A stretch of DNA of 64,000 nucleotides, taken from UHGV virus genome UHGV-0382128. One strand, given 5' to 3'. Each line of letters opens with the position of its first letter. Position 1 is the first letter of the stretch. Positions 44,687 to 53,417 of the stretch are shown here, one piece after another. Under the pieces are notes generated by a model. That model was not told the origin of the DNA. It saw only the letters and a program-made list of their open reading frames with translations, and did not search any database. The stretch comes from a virus. Made by a program: the position numbers and the translations under genes.

Positions 44687-46807
44687 TTAAATAACTACCC
44701 AGCTTTTACCATCGGAACCAATCTGCATTAGCGTAATACTTTCATTGGTATCAATGGGTTTGGCAAGACCTTCTGTCCCACTCTTTGGAGTGATGAGAAC
44801 GTTTGAATTTTCCGGTTTAACGGTGATCTTACCAGCCTTATTTGCCACGATCTGAATATTTCTGCCCACGCTATATTCTAGATCAGGAATAGTAAGTTGG
44901 CCGCCACGGTTGGTGGGTGGGAAATACACATAAGACGACACATCTTCCTCAGATAACACTATGCTACCAGAATCACGATTGACCGAGATCTCAAACTTAG
45001 AAATATCGATATCATAGGCAGTAACTTTCGTAATATCCGTCAGAACCAATTCGTTCAAATCGGTCTTAGCTGGACTGTTCGCCAGATCAAATGGAGTACC
45101 ATTCGTACCGTCCAGCACAGGTGTGACTGTGGTTTTATTGGCACCAGGATAAATGATTTCAAGCGTATGCCAGTTATTATCGTACGCACCAAAAGTTCCT
45201 AATTTCGCATTCTGCTTTTTATGATGCATCAGATTAAGATTCTTAGCGTCGGTCTGTAAGAAAAAAGACATTAGGTACGGGTTTGTATCAGCCACACTAG
45301 CGTCAGCAAGTGTAGTACCAGAAGGTAGGTCGGACGCGGAGATACGCCAATAAAGCCCTAAGCCGAAACGATTTTCTGCTAAATCACCTTTTAGTCTAAA
45401 AGTAACGGTCAGTCGTCCACCGTAACGTATCATGTCCGCAGCAGATGTCATTGACTTAGTTACATTCCAAGGTTTCATCGTTACAGCCTTTCTTAATTCG
45501 ACGAAATGCCCGTTTCCATCCTCAGAATCTTGCACGGTTACGTTACAATCAACGATATTGTTCCAACCCTGCCCTTTCAGGGAACCATCTCCACGACGTC
45601 CGTTATAACCCACAGACTCTACTAATGGGGTATAGCTTCTTACCACATTCATATTGTCTTTGAGCTCTTTAGTGTCGTTCTTCGTCAGGAGCATTGCACC
45701 ATTCGCTGTTCTTGATAATATCTCAGCAGCTATTCTCTCTGAGATAATACCGCGTCGTGCCCAAGAACTGAAATGGCTATTCCTTGTTTCAGACGTCCAG
45801 TTTTTATTACTACGGGTGGCAGCACCGTAGTAGGCAGCACCAGCGATATCAGGATCGTCAGTGGGATCATTAGTCGGTACACGTTGGCCATTATCGTCGT
45901 ACATGAATGGAACAAAAAAGATATTTTTTTGTTCATTGTTACGATAATTACCGTATATGGTTTCATATTGAACAGGATATTTTTCCTTCCAATAGTAGGT
46001 AGTGTCCCCGCAGATCCATGGTACTTCGGCGGTGTCGTACTCGGGCATCTGAGAGAGATGGTCAGAGAGATCAGTTCGGAAACGCTCTACCATTGCCATA
46101 AATAACGCTGGTTGTTGTGCGTAACCTACTTTAGTCAGATCATACTCCCCCTGCATCCACACTACAGCCAAGAGTTTATTTTTAGGATTAACGTCCAGAG
46201 CTTTTTTGGTCCGGCTAACTAAATCTTTATAAAGAGGTTTTTCCACCCCCCATACCGATGACGTCGCAGAGGCTCCTGTGGCTTCATCGAAGGTACCTTC
46301 TGCACCACCCGTGAAAGCAGAACCGCCGCGTGCGCAGGGTACTAGTAAGATACCAGCGTTGCTAGGAATATACGGGAGAAGACGCTTCGCGATGTGTAGA
46401 CCTTGACCCACACATCCGTATTCACCTTTGTCCAAATTGGCTTTGGGGTGCGAGAATACGGACATATCTTGCACGTCGTGCAGACAGTGATCCGCTGGAA
46501 TGACGTCGTTATACTTACAATCAGCCCCGTTAGGCGTTACCTTCGCACGGCGCGCCATCTGTTTAATTCGCGGATCGGGAGCGTCCAACGTCGCCGGTAG
46601 AGGCAACCCTTCACCATAACTCATCGCATTAGATTGCCCGGCTATAGGAATCACGAAGTAATACTCCGGCTCCGTCGTGCCCTGAAGTTTTGCAATATCA
46701 ATTTTATATTCTTTTTCTTCCTTAGAAAGAAGAACTAACGCACCTTTGAGATCGCCAGAGAAATTGTCGAGTTCATGGATACGTTTCTTTCCAATTGGCT
46801 GACTCAT
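44687..46807 (-). CDS. tailspike/fibre protein with SGNH (GDSL-type) esterase-like domain
   Basis: GQSNA motif at about residue 56; N-terminal KKRIHELDNFSGDLKGALVLLSKEEKEYK shared with the 1479-aa fibre (KKIRLHDLHPYTGDIGEGVLLFSKDEKDYK), suggesting a common attachment domain. Confidence 0.6.
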   Translation of the reverse strand: MSQPIGKKRIHELDNFSGDLKGALVLLSKEEKEYKIDIAKLQGTTEPEYYFVIPIAGQSNAMSYGEGLPLPATLDAPDPRIKQMARRAKVTPNGADCKYNDVIPADHCLHDVQDMSVFSHPKANLDKGEYGCVGQGLHIAKRLLPYIPSNAGILLVPCARGGSAFTGGAEGTFDEATGASATSSVWGVEKPLYKDLVSRTKKALDVNPKNKLLAVVWMQGEYDLTKVGYAQQPALFMAMVERFRTDLSDHLSQMPEYDTAEVPWICGDTTYYWKEKYPVQYETIYGNYRNNEQKNIFFVPFMYDDNGQRVPTNDPTDDPDIAGAAYYGAATRSNKNWTSETRNSHFSSWARRGIISERIAAEILSRTANGAMLLTKNDTKELKDNMNVVRSYTPLVESVGYNGRRGDGSLKGQGWNNIVDCNVTVQDSEDGNGHFVELRKAVTMKPWNVTKSMTSAADMIRYGGRLTVTFRLKGDLAENRFGLGLYWRISASDLPSGTTLADASVADTNPYLMSFFLQTDAKNLNLMHHKKQNAKLGTFGAYDNNWHTLEIIYPGANKTTVTPVLDGTNGTPFDLANSPAKTDLNELVLTDITKVTAYDIDISKFEISVNRDSGSIVLSEEDVSSYVYFPPTNRGGQLTIPDLEYSVGRNIQIVANKAGKITVKPENSNVLITPKSGTEGLAKPIDTNESITLMQIGSDGKSWVVI

Positions 46808-46810
46808 CTA

Positions 46811-47323
46811 CTACTCTCCAAAAGTTAAGATTTTATTGTCAAACGTCAACACGACAGAATCATCACCGATGCCACACGGTGTTTCATCTGGGCCGAAAAC
46901 CACCACGGAGAACTGTCCTTTATAAGCGATGGAATTCGGAGCGATGCTAAGCGTTACCGCGTCTTTACCTACCGTGAACGACTGGTCGGTTAAATCGTCG
47001 GTTTGTAAGTTAGCACCACAAACGGCATTGACGGATTCGATAAGATCGTGTGCATTAAACCCTTCACCTCTTACTTTTACCAGAATAGGTTGTTGGTTTA
47101 ACCACCGCTCTGCGGTTAAACGGTTGTAGTAGATTTGCAACGTTCTGTTTCCAGGACGTTTAATCTTTACAATGGCAGTGGAGTCACGATCCATTTCATC
47201 ACTGGTTTTTACGTCACTGACTTCAACCTCGTTCTCTTGCAAGTCAAGTTGGAGGTCATGGTTAACCAGTGAAATAACCATGTTAAGTGAAGTTAGTGAT
47301 AAATCTGGTGTGAATTTTTCCAC
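46811..47323 (-). CDS. small beta-rich protein, paralog family member (GTG start)
   Basis: Pattern LSLTSLNMVISLVNHD ... IYYNRL; paralog 53418..53978 sits in the equivalent position upstream of the other fibre. Confidence 0.5.
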   Translation of the reverse strand: MEKFTPDLSLTSLNMVISLVNHDLQLDLQENEVEVSDVKTSDEMDRDSTAIVKIKRPGNRTLQIYYNRLTAERWLNQQPILVKVRGEGFNAHDLIESVNAVCGANLQTDDLTDQSFTVGKDAVTLSIAPNSIAYKGQFSVVVFGPDETPCGIGDDSVVLTFDNKILTFGE

Positions 47324-47377
47324 GTATGTTTACCTCCTACGGTTGGGGGTCATAAAATATTGACTAAAAAACATTCA

Positions 47378-47387
47378 CCCCCCCCCC
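47378..47387 (+). repeat. C10 homopolymer (G10 on the coding minus strand), intergenic
   Basis: Counted directly; follows a 12-bp AT-rich stem-loop (47389-47420) after the stop of 47422..47865. Confidence 0.9.
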
Positions 47388-47421
47388 ACGATTATTTTCA
47401 ACCGCTTTCAGTTGAAAATAA

Positions 47422-47865
47422 TTAGCTAATTCTCAAATCACGCAGTGCGCCTGTCGATTTCATCACGTTTTGGAACGCGCCACTGATGTTATTAGTCCAG
47501 TAATAATGCTGTCCGTTAATAACCTGCTGATAGGCCAGCGCGCAGGTGTTACCACCTAAATTTACGGTAATGTTAGAGGCTCTGCCTCCTTGTAAGTAAA
47601 CCGCTAAAGTAGGCTTTGCGTTGGCAACTATCGTCGTTAACTGTAACTCAATACCTACTAAAGTTCCCACCCCGCAGTTACCCGCGTTTTGAATGGTTCC
47701 CTGATTTTTCTGGTTTAACGGCCAGCTTGGTCCTACCGCGCCCCATTTCTTACCTAAAGAATCGCTATATGCAGCGGTTGCAATTTTACAGCCCATAGAT
47801 CGTCCCACCATTTGACTCATCATAAAAGGTCTACCCAATCCTAATTTACTACCAGCAGCGCTCAT
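47422..47865 (-). CDS. receptor-binding-like protein, paralog of 48184..48729; true start probably upstream at 47930 but frame broken by a G10 tract
   Basis: Track ORF starts at an internal ATG; an upstream ATG (47930) with AGGAG RBS is followed by 10 G then TAA. With 8 or 11 G the frame reads MGGGVTGSWVGSSAKNETGEQW-MSAAGSKL..., matching the paralog N-terminus MGVASGWVGSSAKAVTGQEW-MSVAGNKL. Confidence 0.55.
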   Translation of the reverse strand: MSAAGSKLGLGRPFMMSQMVGRSMGCKIATAAYSDSLGKKWGAVGPSWPLNQKNQGTIQNAGNCGVGTLVGIELQLTTIVANAKPTLAVYLQGGRASNITVNLGGNTCALAYQQVINGQHYYWTNNISGAFQNVMKSTGALRDLRIS

Positions 47866-47918
47866 CCATTGTTCGCCCGTTTCGTTCTTGGCCGAAGAAC
47901 CGACCCACGAACCGGTTA

Positions 47919-47928
47919 CCCCCCCCCC
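47919..47928 (+). repeat. C10 homopolymer (G10 on the coding strand) directly after the start codon of the receptor-binding-like paralog
   Basis: Counted directly; length determines whether the N-terminal 22 codons are in frame. Confidence 0.9.
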
Positions 47929-47942
47929 ATCGCGATCTCCTG

Positions 47943-48173
47943 TTAAGATTTTCTACATGTTATTGAATCGAAAGCACCACGCCCAACCCAACGCCAATTA
48001 TAATGATGATCAGCTTTATAAAGTGTGTATCTGCCCTGCTTTTTTACGTCGAAAATATTGATCGTAGTCTCTTCATTACCCAGCTTAGCTGTGCCGTAAC
48101 ATACAGGTTCGGGTAGTTGTTGACATCCACTTACTGTAAGCAATGCGAAACCCAGTAAAACTTTTCTTAACAT
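47943..48173 (-). CDS. small lipoprotein (76 aa)
   Basis: MLRKVLLGFALLTVSGC lipobox-type signal; located between the two receptor-binding-like paralogs. Confidence 0.5.
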   Translation of the reverse strand: MLRKVLLGFALLTVSGCQQLPEPVCYGTAKLGNEETTINIFDVKKQGRYTLYKADHHYNWRWVGRGAFDSITCRKS

Positions 48174-48183
48174 CTTTCTGTCC

Positions 48184-48729
48184 TTAGACTACACTTATTG
48201 AAATTGTTGCGCCGTTCTGATTAAATAACCAGTTGGTTGCCGTCTTAGCCTCATAGCGCCGGACGCCGTTACTGTAAGAGTACGGTAGAAAAGTAATCTT
48301 CGTTCCGTTAAACGAAAGCGTAATATTCTGATTTGGTCCATTGGTTAGGGCCATGTAGATAATACCAGTATTTTGTACTTGGCTAAGATGTGTGACGCTA
48401 CAACCCAAGATCGAACCTGACACCGAACCGGCCGCATTTTGTGTTTGCACACGATTCGATACTGTAGAACCAGCACCCGTTGTTGTAGAGTTGTTCGAAT
48501 ACCCCCCATACGTATTTGTAATAGGAACCCACTGCGTGTTCGTAGCCTGCACCAAAACAACATAGGTTGATCGGCCTACAACGAGTTTAAGATCCTCTAC
48601 GCTACGCCCGACCATCTGCGACATGTTAAATGGCGTGCTCAGTTTAAGCTTATTACCTGCCACACTCATCCACTCCTGACCGGTTACTGCCTTTGCTGAG
48701 CTTCCAACCCAGCCGGATGCTACCCCCAT
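48184..48729 (-). CDS. receptor-binding-like protein (181 aa), intact paralog
   Basis: N-terminal MGVASGWVGSSAKAVTGQEWMSVAGNKLKLSTPFNMSQMVGRS conserved with 47422..47865; GGAGG RBS; immediately downstream of the 1479-aa fibre gene. Confidence 0.55.
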   Translation of the reverse strand: MGVASGWVGSSAKAVTGQEWMSVAGNKLKLSTPFNMSQMVGRSVEDLKLVVGRSTYVVLVQATNTQWVPITNTYGGYSNNSTTTGAGSTVSNRVQTQNAAGSVSGSILGCSVTHLSQVQNTGIIYMALTNGPNQNITLSFNGTKITFLPYSYSNGVRRYEAKTATNWLFNQNGATISISVV

Positions 48730-48743
48730 AAATCCTCCAAACT

Positions 48744-48771
48744 AAGATAGGGGGATTACTCCCCCTATCTT
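48744..48771 (-). promoter_or_regulatory. intercistronic stem-loop (perfect 12-bp stem) between fibre gene and downstream receptor-binding-like gene
   Basis: AAGATAGGGGGA-GTAA-TCCCCCTATCTT overlapping the fibre stop codon and just upstream of the RBS of 48184..48729. Confidence 0.45.
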
Positions 48772-51700
48772 TAATTCCCCTTGAGTTCTTTAAGCTCTCG
48801 GCGAAGAGACTTCATACCCTCTACTAACAGCGCAATAACGCCATTGTAATTTAGACGTAAACGTTTTTCGCCTGAAATGGCATCGTCGTCCTCGGACACA
48901 AGTTCAGGTAACGCTTCTAAAGCGTCCTGAGCAATTAGACCTACAGAAGTCTGCCAGCCGTCGTCAGGATGCTGAATTTCGTACAAATACCCTGTTAGTA
49001 ACTCTAACCGATCCAAAGCTTTATCCAGCTTCACCAGATTACGTTTGTTACGACGGTCAGAACGAATCTGTACGTCGTTAAACGAACCGTTACCGTTGCC
49101 AGTAACGTTATGTCCAAAGTTTACTTGACCGTTGGAATTATTAAAAGACAACGGACGTAATCCGTTCCAGGAACCCGCTGCGGCTTGTCCGGCATCGGTT
49201 ACTAAGAAATAGGTATTGGCACCATCGTTACGTAAAATAAAACCGTAGGTACCGTAAGCGATTCGAAAATCAGGGTATTTAGTGGCCAATTTACCGTTAA
49301 CGGTTAAATCGCCGCCTATAGTACCGCCCCCCGAAGGTAGTGCACCCACTTCCGCAGCAGTTGGCTTGTTTCTCGTATTGTAAGCACGACGCCAGCCTGG
49401 TGAGTATCCATCGCCGTTAAATACGTAGATAAACTCCGCATTAGTGAGTGCTCCGCCGACGCTCGTCGTTGTGGCGGTCGTTATACGGATCGTGTAGTTG
49501 TTTGTGCTGTTGCCGTTACTAATGACTTCTATAACGGCCCCAGCTAACGGAATGACACCACAACCCGTCTCGCTGTGAGGTATGGACGCACTGGCGGCAT
49601 AAGCCCACGCACAGCGAGCAACCCACGATCTTGTGGTAAATGCGCCGTTATTTTTCAATAACGTCACTAGCTGTGCTGTAGTTATTGCACCGCCATCAGC
49701 GCCAGTTTCTAACCAACCACTAGGTGATGCCGGACAACCTATTTCGGCTGGCCCTAACGATATATTTCTAGTGCCATCAAACGCAATACCATTGATGGTT
49801 CTTGCGGTTTGCAACTTTGTTGCCGTGGCTGCGTTTCCGGTGGTCGACTGATTCCCTGTTTGGTTTACTCCAGGTAAACTGATGTCTTTAGTACCATCAA
49901 AAGCCACGCCACCTATATTTCGCGCAGTCTGGAGCTTAGTCGCTGTCGCCGCATTCCCCGTAGTCGATTGGTTACCGGTTTGGTTTACGCCAGGAAGATT
50001 AACGTCTTTTGTCCCATCGAACACCACACCGCCGATCTTACGTGCGGTTTGTAACTTAGTAGCGGTCGCTGCATTACCTGTCGTATTCTGGTTGCCTTGC
50101 TGGTTAACGCCCGGTAAATTGATGTCACCTGTACCGTCAAAGCTAACGCCTCCGATCCTGCGAGCGGTTTTCAGTTTCGTCGCGGTAGCGGCGTTGCCGG
50201 TAGTATCCTGATTACCTGTGGCATTTACACCAGGAATGCTATCACGGGCAGTATAAACTTGTGCCCAATCTGACCACGGCGCATCAGCAGTATCACGTCG
50301 ACTACGAATATAAACGGGTGCGTGCGCACCGCTCGTCCCCGACCATCCGATTAACAGTTCTCCTTCGCCTAGCGCAGCAGAACCGCCCAAATGCAGTAAG
50401 TTACCATAAGCGGTTGGATAACCGTTATTGTAAACTTCGTACATCTGAATACCGGGTGTACCTTTGTTTGATCCAGTCAGTGCAGTAACACGTCCACGTC
50501 CTACCAACGTGTTGATATTGATGTCTCTAGACCCATCAAATTTCACACCGTTGATGTTTCGAGCCGTTTGTAATTTGGTTGCGGTTCCCGCGTTCCCAGA
50601 GGTGTTTTGATTACCCTGTTGGTTTACACCAGGGAGGCTAATGTCTCCGCTACCGTCGAAACTTACACCGCCGATTAAACGGGCTGTTTTCAGTTTCGTT
50701 GCCGTAGCAGCATTGCCTGTTAACTCACCTGATAACCCTTTTGCAAAGGTCTGTTTTTCTGCCCACGTATGCGCTGCATTCAATACGGGCATCTGGCGGC
50801 TAGTAATAGTACGTTTACCCTTTTCACCAGCGACGCGAACAGCAAAGAAGCGATAGTTAGCAGTAGACACTGTACCACGCCAGACCAACATACTCCGGCC
50901 AGTACCGGTGTCCTCCGACGCCCCTACAAGAATAGTGACCAAGTTACCGTCGATAACACCCCAATCCATTCCCGCAGGAATGTTTTTCATGGTATTCAAT
51001 GGTGTACTTATCATCTGGCCAGGAACGAAGTCGAAGGTTTGCCAGTCTAACGGATCGACCTTAGCAGCAACCCCACCGATCCCTAAAGTCAACGGGAGTG
51101 AATAGGATGTGAAAATTTCTCGCCATTCGCTCCAGGCGTTTCCTGTACGAATTCGTTGGAACTTGCGACCTTTCGAAGTTGCGCCTGTACCGTATGTGGT
51201 ATAATTTTGTTCAACACCTGAACCGTCTAAGCGTAAGGTAACTTCGCAAACACCTAGCAAGGTTGCGCCAGCAGAGTCTGTTAACGGACTGTCTGTAGCC
51301 TCACCGGTAACACTAAAGCGACCCGGTTTAGTTAAGTCGTTAAAGCTACCCTTATAGTAGGCACCGTCTACCTGATACCCAACCTGAATCCAATCTTCCC
51401 ACTGCGGATTAGACGAATCCCAAGTCGCAGTCAAACCACGGACATACATCGTACCACGTCGTGTGGTGTATCGTTGCAACCGTCCGTAAAGACCACCTTC
51501 CATGACTTCTAATACGCCTTGCGCATTACCGCCCTCTTCAGGATAATGTCTGTCGAACACCGCTAACGAACTGGACGAGTTACGCCAGTTACCCATGTGC
51601 TCAGCGCCGCCTAAGGAGTTCAGATCGATCGATGTAGATAACGGACGTACACCGGTAGTTACCATTCTCCACGGTGACCACGGGCCATTAGTTCCGTTCC

Positions 51701-53210
51701 ACGCACCTGACAACATACGGTTGTACACGTTACCATTACGACAGGTAAAACGTTGCGCACCGCTATAGTTACCCGCTTTATACACTTCTAGATAACCTAC
51801 CGCACCGTCTTCCGGGAAGTGTTTTGCTATTGATGCGTTTGTTGATGTCGACTTGGACCATGTTCCTGTGTAATTGGCATCTGGAGCAAATGTGTTAATA
51901 TCAGCATCTGCGGGCATTTCACCACGGAAACGCAGATAGGTATCAGGAGATAGACCAATATTGCGAGCAAAGGTTTCTTTATTGGGGATATCAGCACCGT
52001 TAGAGTTTTTCTGTAACGCAGCGTTCGCTTTATCTACAGTGGCTTTTAATCCCAAGAAATTGATGATATCCGCAGTTGTCCCTTTTGCTAACAAGGTTCT
52101 GGCGGTTTCTGTAAAGTCAGTTAACCCGACTTTATTAGTGCCAGTGAAATAAGGGAGCTTGTTTGCTGCGGTTGTGACTGCGGCAATAGCAGTAAGTAGT
52201 GGACTGATAGGTTGCTTCTGTGCAAGTTTCTCAGTAATCGTTGTTGCGAAGTTAGGGTCATTACCTAACGCCGTAGCTAATTCCGCTAAGGTATCTAACG
52301 TCTCAGGTGAAGAACCAACCAATTCCGCGATAGCAGCACGCACCCAGGCCGTTGTGGAGATGCTCGTGTCATTCGAGTCCTTTGGGGGCGTTGGTGATGT
52401 CGGGTTACCCGTAAAATTCGGCGAATGTTTATCGGCTTTTAACTGTAATTCGTCGTTCAGCTGTTTAACCGTGGACGGTGTGGCAGCCTCCGTCACGGAT
52501 TCGCTAGTCAGGGTATTGTTAAGTTTAACGATACCTTTACCGGTCGTACTAGCGTCAACTAAACCCTGTGCAGCGATTTTCTCCGCACGCAGAGCGGCTG
52601 ACTCCGAGCGTGTAGCTGCGCCTTCTGAGCTTTCTTTATCTTTCGTAACCTGCGCAGCAACCTTCTCCACCGCGCCCTTACTGGCCTCAATTGAAGCCGC
52701 AGTATTTGCGATACTGGTAGCGGTCTGTTGAACCTGTCCGGCCCGTTGCGTAACCGTTTCTGCTTTCTTAGTTACATCAGCCGCTACAGCTGTCACAGAT
52801 TGTTCGCTTGCGGCGACAGCTTGAGCCTTCTCATTTACTGATTGTGAAACAGTATCTACGGCAGTTTTTGCTGCTAAAACTTCAGCGTGTTTTTTGTTAA
52901 CCTCCGCAGTTTTAGTGGCGACGGTTCCCGCTTGCTCATTAACTGTGGAAGCTAAAGTGGTGGTCTGTTGCTTCGCTGTTTCTGCTAAATCTTTAGCTTT
53001 CGTAGCTTCTGTTGCGGACTGTTGTGATTTGGCCGCAGCCGTTTGTGCATCAGCAACCGCACTTCTGACGGTGTCAATGTCCGCAACGATCTCGCGGACG
53101 GGTAACTTATAATCTTTTTCGTCTTTCGAAAAAAGTAAAACGCCTTCACCGATATCCCCGGTGTACGGATGTAAGTCGTGTAAACGTATTTTCTTTACCG
53201 CTTTAGCCAT
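48771..53210 (-). CDS. long tail fibre protein (1479 aa) with tandem about 39-aa repeats and C-terminal intramolecular chaperone (peptidase S74-like) domain
   Basis: C-terminus SDRRNKRNLVKLDKALDRLELLTGYLYEIQHPDDGWQTSVGLIAQDALEALPELVS fits the S74 auto-cleaving chaperone signature; six repeats of GNQ.TTGNAATATKLQTAR.IGGV.FDGT.DI.LPGVNQ; fibre-repeat-like TTGKGIVKLNNTLTSESVTEAATPSTV. Confidence 0.8.
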   Translation of the reverse strand: MAKAVKKIRLHDLHPYTGDIGEGVLLFSKDEKDYKLPVREIVADIDTVRSAVADAQTAAAKSQQSATEATKAKDLAETAKQQTTTLASTVNEQAGTVATKTAEVNKKHAEVLAAKTAVDTVSQSVNEKAQAVAASEQSVTAVAADVTKKAETVTQRAGQVQQTATSIANTAASIEASKGAVEKVAAQVTKDKESSEGAATRSESAALRAEKIAAQGLVDASTTGKGIVKLNNTLTSESVTEAATPSTVKQLNDELQLKADKHSPNFTGNPTSPTPPKDSNDTSISTTAWVRAAIAELVGSSPETLDTLAELATALGNDPNFATTITEKLAQKQPISPLLTAIAAVTTAANKLPYFTGTNKVGLTDFTETARTLLAKGTTADIINFLGLKATVDKANAALQKNSNGADIPNKETFARNIGLSPDTYLRFRGEMPADADINTFAPDANYTGTWSKSTSTNASIAKHFPEDGAVGYLEVYKAGNYSGAQRFTCRNGNVYNRMLSGAWNGTNGPWSPWRMVTTGVRPLSTSIDLNSLGGAEHMGNWRNSSSSLAVFDRHYPEEGGNAQGVLEVMEGGLYGRLQRYTTRRGTMYVRGLTATWDSSNPQWEDWIQVGYQVDGAYYKGSFNDLTKPGRFSVTGEATDSPLTDSAGATLLGVCEVTLRLDGSGVEQNYTTYGTGATSKGRKFQRIRTGNAWSEWREIFTSYSLPLTLGIGGVAAKVDPLDWQTFDFVPGQMISTPLNTMKNIPAGMDWGVIDGNLVTILVGASEDTGTGRSMLVWRGTVSTANYRFFAVRVAGEKGKRTITSRQMPVLNAAHTWAEKQTFAKGLSGELTGNAATATKLKTARLIGGVSFDGSGDISLPGVNQQGNQNTSGNAGTATKLQTARNINGVKFDGSRDININTLVGRGRVTALTGSNKGTPGIQMYEVYNNGYPTAYGNLLHLGGSAALGEGELLIGWSGTSGAHAPVYIRSRRDTADAPWSDWAQVYTARDSIPGVNATGNQDTTGNAATATKLKTARRIGGVSFDGTGDINLPGVNQQGNQNTTGNAATATKLQTARKIGGVVFDGTKDVNLPGVNQTGNQSTTGNAATATKLQTARNIGGVAFDGTKDISLPGVNQTGNQSTTGNAATATKLQTARTINGIAFDGTRNISLGPAEIGCPASPSGWLETGADGGAITTAQLVTLLKNNGAFTTRSWVARCAWAYAASASIPHSETGCGVIPLAGAVIEVISNGNSTNNYTIRITTATTTSVGGALTNAEFIYVFNGDGYSPGWRRAYNTRNKPTAAEVGALPSGGGTIGGDLTVNGKLATKYPDFRIAYGTYGFILRNDGANTYFLVTDAGQAAAGSWNGLRPLSFNNSNGQVNFGHNVTGNGNGSFNDVQIRSDRRNKRNLVKLDKALDRLELLTGYLYEIQHPDDGWQTSVGLIAQDALEALPELVSEDDDAISGEKRLRLNYNGVIALLVEGMKSLRRELKELKGN
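49770..50720 (-). repeat. tandem coding repeats (about 117 nt units) inside the 1479-aa fibre gene
   Basis: Repeating nucleotide units readable on the plus strand (e.g. ...gccgtggctgcgtttccggtggtcgactgattccctgtttggtttac...) corresponding to the protein repeats; two runs separated by a non-repeat segment at about 50230-50500. Confidence 0.7.
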
Positions 53211-53417
53211 GATATTTAATTCTCTATCGGGAGCTAAAAGATCTGGGGAGGTACTTTACCCCCCGCCCAATATTTTTATAAGCGGATTATTATACTGGTT
53301 TTAATCCATCATCTTCTAACGTGAAAGTGATGCCCAACTCCGCGTTCTCATGATCTGGGTTTACTAAGTCTTGATAAACGTTTGCTTTGGCCTCCATTAC
53401 CAGAAAAACCGTCAAGT

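Noticed and set aside
49770-50720. Tandem repeats considered as a possible CRISPR array
   Set aside because: Units are about 117 nt, in frame within a coding sequence, and encode the fibre protein repeats; there are no short spacers or cas genes.
49633-53112. Plus-strand ORFs opposite the 1479-aa fibre gene (e.g. 49882..50211, 52159..52731)
   Set aside because: Products are low-complexity mirror images of the fibre repeats; they are artefacts of the repeat-rich coding strand.
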